A stretch of DNA of 64,000 nucleotides, taken from the NCBI GenBank assembly GCA_943787795.1, contig CALSNU010000001.1:1-64000 (forward strand), in the 5' to 3' direction. Origin of the DNA: an uncultured bacterium (lineage in GTDB: Bacteria; Planctomycetota; UBA1135; GCA-002686595). Below, piece after piece: positions 40,299 to 50,637 of this stretch. A program made the translations under genes and the position numbers. The notes under the pieces were generated by a model, which made no database searches, had not been told where the DNA came from, and worked only from the letters and a program-made list of their open reading frames with translations. How positions within the stretch are numbered: position 1 is the first letter of the stretch; each line of letters opens with the position of its first letter.

Positions 40299-41591
40299 TT
40301 AGAAGGGGTGCTGGATGTCGACCAGCACGGCGTACTCCTCGGGGCCGGCCGCGATGTCGAAGCGGAAGAGCGCCTTCTTGGCGAAGATCCGGAGGGAGAT
40401 GCCGGCGTCCCACTTGAGGTCCTCATGGAGGAGCTCTGCGTCCCACGAGGGCGCGACCCGTCCGGCCTCGGCGAAGACCGCGAACTGCCACCAGTCCACC
40501 GAAGCCCGCCGGATGCTCTCCACCCTCGGTAGAGGCTGCCAGCCCGGGATGAAGCGGTACTCGGCCCAGTAGTGGACCGCGCTCCGGTCGTTGAAGCGAT
40601 AGGCGGGGTAGGCCCGCAGTCGCTTGCGGCCCCCGAGGGTGGCGCCCATGAAGTAGGGGGGCCGGCCGCTCCCGTCGTCGTCCCAGGTCGGTGTGTCGGC
40701 GGCCCAGGCCCCGAAGGCCAGGACCTGCTGCCGTGCCCAGTCGGTCCGCCCGAGGTCCACGTACTTGGTGGCCAGGGCCTCCACCGACGTCCAGCTACCG
40801 GCGCTGTCCAGCTGTCCGAAGTCGCGCCAGACGCGCACCTGCTGGAGGCTCCCGCGGGAGGGATTGCGGGGGAAGTCCCGGTTGTCGTAGGTCAGGGCGA
40901 GGGCGGCGCCGTTGGTGGCGAGGGCGCCGCGCTGGCCCGCGTCGTCGTATTCCTGGCGGCGATAGAAGGGGCGCAGGTCGAGGAATGTCCGCCCGCTCTC
41001 GAGGGGATCCCAGGCCCACCCGCCCGTGCCCTTGCCGGTGAGGAGGCCGTCCTCGAGTTCGTAGCGCTGGATCGGCTCCCTGGCGCCCGGCCCGAGGGGC
41101 AGCACCGCCCGCAGCGGGAGTTCGAACCGGACGTCATACGCCTCGTCCTGCAGGTAGTTGTCCTTGGCTGAACCGTTGCTACCAGCGCGCTCTCCGCTCC
41201 CGTCCACGCCGGTGTAAGCACGCAGCTGGGTGTAGTCACCCACCGACAGGTAGCCGTCGAGGAAGAGCCGGTCCGTCCCGGCCAACCGCAGGTTGGCGAA
41301 GCCGAGCTGCAGCTCCGAGGTCTCGTTGGTGCTGACCGCCACGGCGCCGAACAGCTGCAGCTGATCCTGGAAGAAACCCGTCCCCACCGCGCCGTAGCCG
41401 ATCGCGAAGTCCCAGGACGCCGATGAGAAGGCGTAGGGCATCTGGAACACCTCCGACTCGGGAGCGGTCTCTCCCTCGTCGACGTCGACGATCACTTCCT
41501 GCCCCGTTGCCGGAGCCATGAGCAGGAGCCCGAAGATCCATCGTGCGAGCCGTGGTCGGTCTCTTGTCGTGGCTTGTGCGGCTCGGGACAT
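40299..41591 (-). CDS. BamA/TamA-like (Omp85 barrel) outer-membrane protein lacking POTRA domains
   Basis: YDNRDFPRNPSRG, LGG..RLRAY..YRF, EYR, C-terminal ...IQHPF. Confidence 0.75.
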   Translation of the reverse strand: MSRAAQATTRDRPRLARWIFGLLLMAPATGQEVIVDVDEGETAPESEVFQMPYAFSSASWDFAIGYGAVGTGFFQDQLQLFGAVAVSTNETSELQLGFANLRLAGTDRLFLDGYLSVGDYTQLRAYTGVDGSGERAGSNGSAKDNYLQDEAYDVRFELPLRAVLPLGPGAREPIQRYELEDGLLTGKGTGGWAWDPLESGRTFLDLRPFYRRQEYDDAGQRGALATNGAALALTYDNRDFPRNPSRGSLQQVRVWRDFGQLDSAGSWTSVEALATKYVDLGRTDWARQQVLAFGAWAADTPTWDDDGSGRPPYFMGATLGGRKRLRAYPAYRFNDRSAVHYWAEYRFIPGWQPLPRVESIRRASVDWWQFAVFAEAGRVAPSWDAELLHEDLKWDAGISLRIFAKKALFRFDIAAGPEEYAVLVDIQHPF

Positions 41592-41666
41592 GGTGGGCGT
41601 GGTAGGAGATCCTAGCCACACGGCCGGGGGGGCGGAGCGGCCCGTATCGTCAGGACTTGCCCCGCC

Positions 41667-41711
41667 TCCTGACCCGGGATTCCTGACCCTTGGGATTCCT
41701 GACCCTCGGGA
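41667..41711. repeat. Three direct repeats TCCTGACCC(NN)GGGA in a divergent promoter region
   Basis: Units start at 41667, 41681 and 41697. Confidence 0.7.
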
Positions 41712-41736
41712 CGGCTGCCAAGTCGGAGCTCCTACG

Positions 41737-42717
41737 ATGTCATTCATGAGACCCACACCCCTCGAGTCCCTGGCCCTCGCCGCGATCACCTGCGCCTCCT
41801 GCGCCAGCGTTGGTCCGCGCTCCGTCCCCGATGGAGCTGTCCCGAGGATGCTGGTAAGTGACGGTGGGCGGGGGTCGACCGCACCCTCACCGGGTGAGTG
41901 GGCCGCGTCCGTGGGCCCCTCGGTCGGTGCCCTCGATCGGGACGGCGCCGTGGTCTCTGGAAGCGCGACCCCCTGGTCGACCTTCGGCTTCGAGGCGGGG
42001 AGCGTCTCCTCGGCGATCGACAGCACGGTGCGGGTCGGGCTCGCGGGGGCAGGCCTGGGGCTCGACCTCGAAGATCTGCTCGGACTCAACAGCTCGAACA
42101 CGACCATCAAGGCCAAGGCCTTCTGGCGGTTCACGGAGAACCAGCGCCATCGGGTGGACCTCTCCTGGCTGGACCTCAACCGGCAAGGGAGCAAGACGGT
42201 CTCCCAGGACATCAACATCGGCAACGGCGAGGTGATCACCGCCGGCACCACCGCGACCACCAAGCTCGACCTGCGGCTCATCAGGGCTCAGTACAGCTAC
42301 TCGTTCTTCCAGGACGAGCGGGTCGACCTTGGCGTGTGCGGCAGCCTCTACGTGTTGCCCATCGACTTCGAGCTGGAGGCCACCGGGGTGTCGGATGCCT
42401 CGGACTCGTTCGGGGTGACCGCTCCGCTTCCCGCGGTGGGCCTGCGCTTCGACTTCGCCATCACCCCGCGCTGGTTGCTCCAAAGTGACCTGAACCTCTT
42501 CTATCTGGAGTTCGATGACTACAAGGGCGCCCTCACCAGCTGGTCGGGGGGCGTCGAGTACCGTCCGTGGGATCACTTCGCCGTCGGCCTTGGCCTGGAG
42601 ACGTTCTCGCTGGGCGTCGAGCAGAACGGCAGGACGGACGTTCCTGGCGTGAACGAGGCGGGCTCCATCGATCTGGGATACGTGGGCCTTGGCTTCTCTG
42701 TGAAGACGCGCTGGTGA
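41737..42717 (+). CDS. Outer-membrane beta-barrel protein
   Basis: LDLEDLLGL, HRVDLSW, YSYSFF, APLPAVG, alternating beta strands, terminal aromatic W. Confidence 0.75.
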   Translation: MSFMRPTPLESLALAAITCASCASVGPRSVPDGAVPRMLVSDGGRGSTAPSPGEWAASVGPSVGALDRDGAVVSGSATPWSTFGFEAGSVSSAIDSTVRVGLAGAGLGLDLEDLLGLNSSNTTIKAKAFWRFTENQRHRVDLSWLDLNRQGSKTVSQDINIGNGEVITAGTTATTKLDLRLIRAQYSYSFFQDERVDLGVCGSLYVLPIDFELEATGVSDASDSFGVTAPLPAVGLRFDFAITPRWLLQSDLNLFYLEFDDYKGALTSWSGGVEYRPWDHFAVGLGLETFSLGVEQNGRTDVPGVNEAGSIDLGYVGLGFSVKTRW

Positions 42718-42823
42718 GCGTGTCAGCCCGGTCCGCCGCGAGCCGGAGCGCGGCGTGATAGGTTGGCGACGGCGCCTTGGCTCAAGGCCGCCCTGATCCC
42801 CGACGGCTCCCACGCTGACCGCC

Positions 42824-43798
42824 ATGCTCCGAACCCTCCTTCTCTCCGCCGCGGTATGCGCGGCCCCGCTCTTCGCCCACGAGGGAGCTGAGGCTCCCAA
42901 GAAGCCCGTCCAGGTCTTCATCCTCGCGGGCCAGTCCAACATGGTCGGCGCGGGCGCGATGCGCTCCAACCCGGACCGCAACGGGGGCCAGGGGAGCCTG
43001 GAGTATCTGGTCACCGCCAAGGAGTCCAAGAAGCGGTGGGCCCACCTGGTGGACCGTCAGGGCGAGTGGGTCGCGAGAGACGACGTCTGGATCAACTACT
43101 TCGACCGCCACGGCGAGCTGGCCCCTGGCTACGGGGGGAACGAGGAGCAGATCGGCCCCGAGCTCGGCTTCGGGCACGCGGTCGGCGAGGGGTGCGAGGA
43201 GCAGGTCCTCCTGATCAAGGTCGCCTGGGGCGGCAAGAGCATCGGCAAGGACTTCCGGCCGCCCAGCGCCGGCGGAGAGGTCGGCCCCGAGTACACCAAG
43301 CTGTTCGAGGAGGTCCGCGCCGCCCTGGGCTCGCTCGAGGAGCGCTTCGAGGGCGACAAGGGGCAGGGCGTCGAGCTCGCTGGCATCGGTTGGCACCAGG
43401 GCTGGAACGACCGGGTGAACCAGGCCTTCAACGACGAGTACGAGAAGAACCTGGCCTGCTTCATCCGGGACGCGCGCAAGGAGCTGGAGGCCCCCGACCT
43501 GCCCTTCGTCATCGCGGAGACGGGCATGAGCGGTAACGAGGAGAAGCACCCCAGGGCGCTCTCGCTCATGCGGGCGCAGGCGAATGTCGCCGCGTACCCC
43601 GAGTTCAAGGGCAACGTCGCCTTCGTCGGGACCCGGGACTTCTACCGGCCCGGCGACCAGTCACCCTCGAACCAGGCCTACCACTGGAACAGCAACGCAG
43701 AGACGTACCTCCTCATCGGTGAGGGCATGGGAGAGGCCATGCTCGACCTCCTTCCGAAGTATCGGAAGAAGCGTGCCAAGGCGGCCCGCCGCCGCTGA
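42824..43798 (+). CDS. Sialate O-acetylesterase (SASA/SGNH) family carbohydrate esterase
   Basis: Signal peptide, ILAGQSNMVG, GPELGFG, IKVAWGGKS, WHQGWND, YHW. Confidence 0.88.
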   Translation: MLRTLLLSAAVCAAPLFAHEGAEAPKKPVQVFILAGQSNMVGAGAMRSNPDRNGGQGSLEYLVTAKESKKRWAHLVDRQGEWVARDDVWINYFDRHGELAPGYGGNEEQIGPELGFGHAVGEGCEEQVLLIKVAWGGKSIGKDFRPPSAGGEVGPEYTKLFEEVRAALGSLEERFEGDKGQGVELAGIGWHQGWNDRVNQAFNDEYEKNLACFIRDARKELEAPDLPFVIAETGMSGNEEKHPRALSLMRAQANVAAYPEFKGNVAFVGTRDFYRPGDQSPSNQAYHWNSNAETYLLIGEGMGEAMLDLLPKYRKKRAKAARRR

Positions 43799-43941
43799 GT
43801 GGACCCTGGCGCCTCTGTCCTGGCGCCACTGTCACGGCGCCTCTACCCTGGCGCACCGGCCTGGACGTCGATAGCTATCGAGGACCGTGAGGTTCGCGCA
43901 GAGTGGGCGCAGTCTCGGCGCAGGGCGATCGAGTGGGCGCG

Positions 43942-46503
43942 TCAGGCGGGCGCCGCGTCGGCCATCTGTCGGGCGAGGTTTCGGACGGTGCGGGGCAAGA
44001 AACGCTGCCGGCGCGCTCGGTGGATCACGTGATAGGCCGTGAGCCGCGTCACGAGGAGCGCACGGCGTGCGTGGGCGGCATCGCGGACCCACGCCTCCGG
44101 ATCGAGGCGCACGCCGGCGGCGCGCTCGAGGGCGACGCGATGGGCCTCAACCCAGCGGTCCGGATCCTCCGGCCCCACAAAGGCGAGGAGCTCGACGAGA
44201 TCGCGCTGGGGGACGTCGAGGGTGGCGAGCTCCCAGTCATAGGCGACCAGACTGGGACCCGCAGCGGTCCTTCTGAAGCCCACGTTGCGGGGGTTGAAGT
44301 CCCCGTGGATGAGGGTTCGAGGGGTGCCGGAGGGGCCGTCTTGCAGCAGCCGGTCGAGGGCCTGGGGGAGGTCAGCGCTGCCCCACCTCCCGAAGTCATC
44401 CGAGGCGCCCGATGCGAGGGCGCGCCAGAGCGGGGCGAGCCGACAGAGCCGCTCCTGCGTCGGCGGCGCCCCGATCCACCGCTCGCTCTTCAGCGCCTCG
44501 GCGCGGCCCAGGTAGGCCGCGTGGATCGAGGCCAGGCCCTCCACGGCCGCCAAGAGGTGGCCCTCGGTCCAGTCCTCGGGGCGCTCCGCGGAGTCCATGA
44601 GCTCAAGGTCGCCGAGGTCCTCCATCAGGAGCCAGCGCCGTCCCCGTGCCTCGTCCACATGGGTGCCGAGGTGGCGCGGTCTGTGGGCGGCGAGAGCGGG
44701 GTCCGAGAGGAGCGCCGTCTCTCGTAGGTGAGCTCCGAGGAGTCCTGCCTCGAGCCCGTGGTCGCGCCAACATGCGCCCAGCTCCTCGCTCGCCATGGCG
44801 AACACCCGCGCGAGGACGCCGTGGAGCTCCTCGTCCTGTTGCCGGGCCTTGAGGACCGCGGGTCCGTTGGCCCCTCGCCAGCGCGAGAGTCCGCTGGCCG
44901 AACCGAACCTCCACGCGCCCAGCTCGGCGAGGATGCTGCTGCCCTCGAGGCGCTCCACTCCGAGATGGGTCGCGCCGATGAAGCGCTCCACGAAGGCGCG
45001 CTGCGCCGCGCGTTCGCTCGCCGTCTGTCCTTCGGGGCGGGCGAGGGGCGTGGAGGCTGTAGGTGGGGCATCGAGGTACCCCGAGCGCTCGAGGCCCTGG
45101 GTCCAACGTTCGAGCAGGCCCGTCGTGGGCTCCGGGCAGCGGTGGCCATGCTCTTCGAGCCAGCGAGCGCTGGCCCCCGAGTCCACGTGGGTTCGCCGAT
45201 GCTCCTCGTACTGCTGGGGGAGCGTGCAGGCGTGTTCGCCGCCTGGCCGGGACCGAAGGAATGGCAGCAGCGCCGTGAGCGCGTTCGTCGAGGGGGCGGC
45301 CTCAACCCGAGCCAGCCACTCGTCGTAGGGAACGAGTCGGAGGTCGTGCCCGTAGAGCGAGTGCCAGAGCACCACCTCGCGGAAGGGCCGGGGTCGAGGG
45401 CTCACCAGGTGGAGGGTCTCGCGGCCGTCGCTGCCCAGGGCCGTGCGCGCGGCCAGCGCGGCCGCGACGTGGTTCACCGGGACGGCGTCGACATTCCAGT
45501 CAAGGTCGGGCGCCAGGCCTAGCTGAATACAGCCCTTCATGAGCGCGGAGAGAAAGTCCCCGGGGTTGCCCGCCCCCGTGGTCGAGTCACCCGCGATGAG
45601 CGACGGTCGCGCGATCGTGACGGGCAGGCCCCGACGGCCGGCCTCGAGGACCAGCTCCTCTGCCACAGCCTTTCCCTTGGCATAGCCGAGGTCGAGCCCG
45701 GCGAGGTGCCCGAGGGGTTCGGCGCCCTCGTTCAGCTCGTCGACTCCGTCCCGGGCGTAGAGGACCGAGATGGAAGAGCAGAAGTGGAAGGCCTTCGGCC
45801 GGTGTTCGCACGCCAGCCGGAGCAGCTCGCGGGTCCCCTCGGCGTTGGACGCTCGGAGCCTCTCGTAGGGGGAGACCCAGTCCACCTTGGCGGCCAGGTG
45901 GAGCACGGCGTCGATCTCCTCGCTCAGTCGAGCCCACGTCAACGGGTCGAGGCCGAGCCGCGGCTCTTCGAGGTCGCCGCGCAGAACCTCGATCCGGTCC
46001 TCGGTGCCTTCGAGTCCCCTGGAGGACAGCGCGTCGAGCACGCGGGCGCGGTCGCCCCCCCGAGCGAGGCAGGTCACGCGAGCCTCGGTCTGCTGGAGGA
46101 GCTCGGCCAGGGCATGGGCGCCAAGGAAGCCCGTGGCGCCCGTCATGAGCACGTGCCGAGGAGGTCCCGCCCAGCCTTGCGAGGCAGCCGGCGTGATCTC
46201 GACAGGGAGGGTCGCGTCGGAGCTGGGGTCTGCATCGCTGGTCGCGGCCCCGAGAGTGAGCCGCCTGAGGGCCGCGCGGGGCGAGGGGTGCTCGTAGAGC
46301 AGCGTGTCGGGCACGTGCACCTCGAACCGCTGCCGGAGCTCCTCGGTGAGCTCGACGGCGGTGACCGAATCCAGGCCCAGCTCGAAGAGCGGCGCGTCGG
46401 GGTCGACGCTCTCGGCCGTGACGCCGAGGAGGTCGGCGATACGACTCACGAGCCAGGCGAGGTCCGCATCGTTGGCGCTGAGGTCGGGGAGTGCGAGGGT
46501 CAA
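43942..46503 (-). CDS. ACP + thioester reductase + APH/choline-kinase-like phosphotransferase fusion
   Basis: LGLDSVTAVEL phosphopantetheine site; MTGATGFLG, HLAAKVDW, YAKGK reductase motifs; LIHGDFNPRN and YDWELA kinase motifs; TTG start overlaps the FAAL stop. Confidence 0.9.
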   Translation of the reverse strand: MTLALPDLSANDADLAWLVSRIADLLGVTAESVDPDAPLFELGLDSVTAVELTEELRQRFEVHVPDTLLYEHPSPRAALRRLTLGAATSDADPSSDATLPVEITPAASQGWAGPPRHVLMTGATGFLGAHALAELLQQTEARVTCLARGGDRARVLDALSSRGLEGTEDRIEVLRGDLEEPRLGLDPLTWARLSEEIDAVLHLAAKVDWVSPYERLRASNAEGTRELLRLACEHRPKAFHFCSSISVLYARDGVDELNEGAEPLGHLAGLDLGYAKGKAVAEELVLEAGRRGLPVTIARPSLIAGDSTTGAGNPGDFLSALMKGCIQLGLAPDLDWNVDAVPVNHVAAALAARTALGSDGRETLHLVSPRPRPFREVVLWHSLYGHDLRLVPYDEWLARVEAAPSTNALTALLPFLRSRPGGEHACTLPQQYEEHRRTHVDSGASARWLEEHGHRCPEPTTGLLERWTQGLERSGYLDAPPTASTPLARPEGQTASERAAQRAFVERFIGATHLGVERLEGSSILAELGAWRFGSASGLSRWRGANGPAVLKARQQDEELHGVLARVFAMASEELGACWRDHGLEAGLLGAHLRETALLSDPALAAHRPRHLGTHVDEARGRRWLLMEDLGDLELMDSAERPEDWTEGHLLAAVEGLASIHAAYLGRAEALKSERWIGAPPTQERLCRLAPLWRALASGASDDFGRWGSADLPQALDRLLQDGPSGTPRTLIHGDFNPRNVGFRRTAAGPSLVAYDWELATLDVPQRDLVELLAFVGPEDPDRWVEAHRVALERAAGVRLDPEAWVRDAAHARRALLVTRLTAYHVIHRARRQRFLPRTVRNLARQMADAAPA

Positions 46504-48234
46504 GGCGCCGTGACCTCCGCGGGACGATCGGCGCGCAGGAGCGCGGCGCAGGCGTGGCGCTGGGTCTTCCCGGACGTCGTCTTCGGGAGCTTCCTCGCCG
46601 GTAGGAAGAGGAGCCTGGCGATCGGAGCCTCGTGATCCTTCGAGACCGCGGCGCGGATGGCGCGCTCGACCTCCCTGCGCGTCGGCTCGTCGCAGTCCTC
46701 CACCTCACAGACCAGTCCGACGCCCTCGACGGCGCCAGGGCGCGCGTTCCACGCGACGGCGGCCGCGCCCCCCCGGGCGTACAAGGGCGTGGGCGGCCTC
46801 GGCCGTGCGCTCGATGTCCTGGGGGTAGAGCTTGCGGCCCCGGAGGATGATCAGGTCCTTGATCCTCCCGGTGACGAAGAGCTCCCCGCCCTCGAGGGCG
46901 CCGAGGTCGCCGGTACGGAGCCAGGGTCCGCGACCGTCCGTGAGGTACGCCCCGAAGGTCCGCTCGTTCTCCTGCTCCCGTCCCCAATAGCCGTCGGCCG
47001 CGCTGGGTCCCTTGACCCAGATCTCGCCCACGGCGCCCACAGGCAGGGCCTGCGAGGTCATGGGGTCTGCGATCACGAGCTCCTGCTCGGCGACCGGCGT
47101 CCCGCACGAGACGAGCGTCCTCGACCGTCCGTGGCTCGCGGCGCCGCGCAGCAGGTCTTCGCGGTCCAGCGCGGCGGCGTCCGCCTCCAGAAGGCGCGGC
47201 TGGACGTTCCTCCGGCTGGAGGAGACCAGCAGGGTGTTCTCCGCCAGCCCATACGCCGGGAAGAAGGTCTCGGGTTGGAAGCCAGCGCCAGCGAAGGCCT
47301 CGCTGAAGCGCTCGATGGTGTCGGCGCGCACGGGCTCTGCGCCGTTGGCGGCCATGGTCCAGCGGCTCAGGTCGAGGGTGGCCCGCTCCTCCGGCGTGGT
47401 CCGGCGGACGCACAGCTGATAGCCGAAGTCGGGGGACGCTGCGTTGGTGCCGCCGAGCCGGCTCAGGGCCTCCAGCCAGGTCATTGGCCGTGCCAGGAAC
47501 GCGGCTGGAGACATGAGGTAGCCAGGCTGACGGCGGAAGAGCGGGTGGAGCACGCCTTCGATCAGGCCCATGTCGTGCTGTACCGGGAGCCAGGAGACGC
47601 CGGGCCCCTGGTCCGGGCCGCCGCACATCTCGTAGATGCTCGCGAGGTTGGCGAGCAGGTTGGCGTGGGTCACGCGGACTCCCCTGGGACTGGACGTGGA
47701 CCCCGAGGTGTACTGGAGGAAGGCGAGGCTGTCCGCCTTGGCGGAGGGCCGCTCTGCCGCTGGGAGCTCCGCAGCCGCGGGGAGCCCGTCGACCGCGAGG
47801 CGTTCCAGCGCGCCGAACGGACTCGACGTCTCCGCGTCCAGGGCCGCGACATGTCCCAGGAGGGCGGCTGTGGACAGCACGATCGAGGGCGTGCAGTCGG
47901 CGGCCACGGCGGCCAGCCGCTCGAGGCCCCGTGGACCCAGGGAGGGAGAGGGCGGGAAGACCGGTGCTGCGATGACGCCGGCGCGCAGGCAGCCGAAGAA
48001 GGCGGCGAGGAAGTCGAGGCCGGGGGCGAAGAGCAGCAGGGCGCGATCCCCAGGGCGCAGCCGACCGGCGAGGGCCGCGGCGACGCTCGCGCTGCGGGCC
48101 TCGAGCTCCGCGTAGGTCCAGCTCGCCTCGAGCTCGCCGTCCCTCCCGAGGAAGCCGTAGGCGAGCGCGTCGCCGGCGTCCTGGGCGCGGCTGCTCAGGA
48201 GGTCGACGAGCGAATCGTGTCGGGAGTGCTTCAT
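46500..48234 (-). CDS. Fatty acyl-AMP ligase (FAAL), frameshifted in the C7 run at 46768-46774
   Basis: LQYTSGSTSSPRGV, SWLPVQHDMGLI, PAYGLAENTL, FAAL-type insertion, LRTGDLG, GRIKDLII; LPKTTSGKTQR lies in the shifted frame. Confidence 0.9.
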
Positions 48235-49034
48235 GCTCGGCTCCGTTGCCTCGATGTCTTCCGTCGCTGGTGGACGGCGTTCAGGGCGTCGAACACGGCG
48301 GCTCGTTGCTCGTCGAGCGCTTCGACCGTCCAGCCGCCGGTGTCGATGGTGGGGAGGACCTCGACCGTCACCGTGCCAGGGCGTACGTCGAGGCCCAGGC
48401 CAGGGTCCACGTCAGGGGGGACCTCGATGTAGAAGGGGACGATGGGCGCCTGGAGGTCGGTCGCCATATGGAAGGCTCCCCTGTTGAAGGCGCCGAGCTC
48501 GCCGGTGGTGACTCGCATTCCCTCCGGGGAGAGGTAGACGGACTCCCCCGTGCGCTTGAGGGTGGCCGCAGCGCCGGCGAAGATCCTCTTGCGCGCCTCG
48601 GGGTACTCCTGGGGCACGGTCCAGAAGATCCCCGTCACGTAACCGATCAGCCCGATCGGCAGGATCTTGCGCAGGAAGCCGGAGAGGAAGAACCGGGTCC
48701 CGGGCATGCCGAGCGCGATCAGCACGAACATGTCCACCGAGGACGTGTGGTTCGACACGTAGACCGTCTGCGTGCGCGGGAACGGCAGGGCCCCGGCGAC
48801 CTCGAGGCGGACGCCCCAGAGGGCGAGCACCGCGCGCCCGATCCAGGTGCTCAGGGCGAGGTACATGCGCCGGAACTGGAAGAGCGTCAGGACAGCGACC
48901 AGGAAGAGCAGGAGGCTCCCAAGGGAGAGCGTCGTGAGGACGACCGCTGAGAGACACCAGAGGCGCAGGGTCGCCCGAAGCGAGCGCTCCTCGTCGCCGC
49001 GGGCCGAGCGGCCGACGCCGAGGAAGGTGCTCAT
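48231..49034 (-). CDS. Lysophospholipid acyltransferase (PlsC family)
   Basis: N-terminal TM, SNHTSSVD (HX4D), SPEGMR, GAFHMA..APIVP; ATGA overlaps at both ends. Confidence 0.88.
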   Translation of the reverse strand: MSTFLGVGRSARGDEERSLRATLRLWCLSAVVLTTLSLGSLLLFLVAVLTLFQFRRMYLALSTWIGRAVLALWGVRLEVAGALPFPRTQTVYVSNHTSSVDMFVLIALGMPGTRFFLSGFLRKILPIGLIGYVTGIFWTVPQEYPEARKRIFAGAAATLKRTGESVYLSPEGMRVTTGELGAFNRGAFHMATDLQAPIVPFYIEVPPDVDPGLGLDVRPGTVTVEVLPTIDTGGWTVEALDEQRAAVFDALNAVHQRRKTSRQRSRA

Positions 49035-50053
49035 GCGGGCCTCCGGCAGACCACGGTCTGCATGGCGAGGTTGTTCCTGCGGGCGAGCATCAGCCACGGG
49101 CTGACGAGCGCCTGGCCGAGCAGGTAGCGGCCGAGCTCCTCGCGGGGCACGAAGCCGCGACCGTTCAGCTGTCCGAACCGCCACCCCGCATAGATGTAGA
49201 ACCAGGGCGGGAAGGCGCCGTAGGGGAGATGCGTCTCGACCTCAAGACCGGCGCGCTCCACGGCGCGGAGCAGCTGCTCGCGCGAGAAGAGCACCGTGTG
49301 CTGGGGCGCCTGGAGACCCGGCCAGCGGTCGCCGTACCAGCGCGCGGTGCGGCTGTCGAGGCGCGGCACCTCGATGACCATCTGGCCGCCGGGCCGCAGA
49401 ACCTCAAGGCAGCGCTCGAGCGTCGCGGGCGGGTCGTAGTCGTGCTCGAGGTAGTGCCACATGGTCACGAGGTCCATGGACCCCGGCTCGATGGCGGCCT
49501 CGCTGAAGAGCCCCCGGATGAACCGGTTGTGCTCGAACGCAGGGGCATCGGAGAGGTCCTTGAAGTCCACGCCGATCCCGGAGCAGCCGTGCCGCCGGCG
49601 GACCTCCTCCAGGAAGGTCCCCGCCGCGCAGCCGATGTCGAGCACCCGGGACCCGGCGTCGAGCGGCACGAAGCGGTCGACGAGCTTGCGCTTGTCGCGG
49701 TCGTGCTTGCCCATCACCCACCGGTAGAAGGGGGTCAGCACGCCGAAGTCCGAGCTCTTGCGGTGAGCGATATAGGTGTCGTCGTACCACTCCGCGATCC
49801 CGTCCGCGGGGACGCGCGGGTCCTGGTAGGCGAGCCCGCAGTCATCGCAGGTGTGGAAGGTGAAGCGGCCGGGCTTGCCCCCGAGGTCGTCCTTGGCCTC
49901 GGTGAGGAACGTCTTGTTCGAGCTCCCGCAGGCGTAGCAGTTGACCGGCTCGAGGTCGTGGTGTCCCACCAGCGGCGGGGCCGCGACGGCGGGGACGGGG
50001 GCCGTGGCGGTGGCCGCTTCGGTCGCCTGTTGGTCGGGGTCGGTGAGGGTCAT
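49031..50053 (-). CDS. Class I SAM-dependent methyltransferase with N-terminal zinc ribbon
   Basis: CYAC...CDDCGLAYQDPR, VLDIGCAAG, MWHYLEH, LRPGG. Confidence 0.88.
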   Translation of the reverse strand: MTLTDPDQQATEAATATAPVPAVAAPPLVGHHDLEPVNCYACGSSNKTFLTEAKDDLGGKPGRFTFHTCDDCGLAYQDPRVPADGIAEWYDDTYIAHRKSSDFGVLTPFYRWVMGKHDRDKRKLVDRFVPLDAGSRVLDIGCAAGTFLEEVRRRHGCSGIGVDFKDLSDAPAFEHNRFIRGLFSEAAIEPGSMDLVTMWHYLEHDYDPPATLERCLEVLRPGGQMVIEVPRLDSRTARWYGDRWPGLQAPQHTVLFSREQLLRAVERAGLEVETHLPYGAFPPWFYIYAGWRFGQLNGRGFVPREELGRYLLGQALVSPWLMLARRNNLAMQTVVCRRPA

Positions 50054-50637
50054 CGAAGCTCCGGGTCAGTGGCTCGCTCGTGGAGGACGAGCGCGGCGTA
50101 CAGCAGCGCCATGGCGGCGACGCGTGGGGGGGTATCGGCGCCTTCGGTGCCGAGCAGGGCTGCGAGGGCGGGGTACTTGGCGAGGAGGATGAGGGCGTGG
50201 ATCCAGGGGCCCTGGCGGGGCATCGCATACCAGCTGCCCAGGGCGATCAGGAGCGCCACGAGCCCGGCGGCCCGGGCGGGTGCGAGGCCATGGAGCGCGA
50301 CGAGCCCGAACGCGAGGCCGCCGCAGAGCGCCGCCACATGGGGGCTCGTGGAGGCGGCGCGCACGAGGCTGCGCTCGGGGTGGCGGAGGCGGTCGGGCGC
50401 GCGGTCCACGAGGTCGTCGAGCAGCCGCAGGCAGACCACCAGCAGGTAGGCGAGGCCGAGCCGGAGGGCGGCGTCCGTCGCACCAGGCCACGGCGCGCCC
50501 GCCAGGCCAGCGCCGACGATCGCCGTCGCGAGGAGGGGGAAGCGCCACGCTCCGGAGCCAGAGAGCACGCGCTCGGAGAACCATGCGGCGGGTCCTGAGG
50601 CTGCACGGTGCGGACTACTCGTCGACGATACGGACAT
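50050..50637 (-). CDS. Minimal UbiA-superfamily prenyl/alkyl-transferase-like membrane protein
   Basis: RLLDDLVDRAPDRLRHPERSL matches the UbiA DDxxDxxxD..PxR motif; several TM segments; only 195 aa. Confidence 0.65.
   Translation of the reverse strand: MSVSSTSSPHRAASGPAAWFSERVLSGSGAWRFPLLATAIVGAGLAGAPWPGATDAALRLGLAYLLVVCLRLLDDLVDRAPDRLRHPERSLVRAASTSPHVAALCGGLAFGLVALHGLAPARAAGLVALLIALGSWYAMPRQGPWIHALILLAKYPALAALLGTEGADTPPRVAAMALLYAALVLHERATDPELR

Noticed and set aside
43942..48234. NRPS/PKS assembly line or an ElbD orthologue
   Set aside because: No condensation or ketosynthase domains; domain order and partner genes differ from ElbD.
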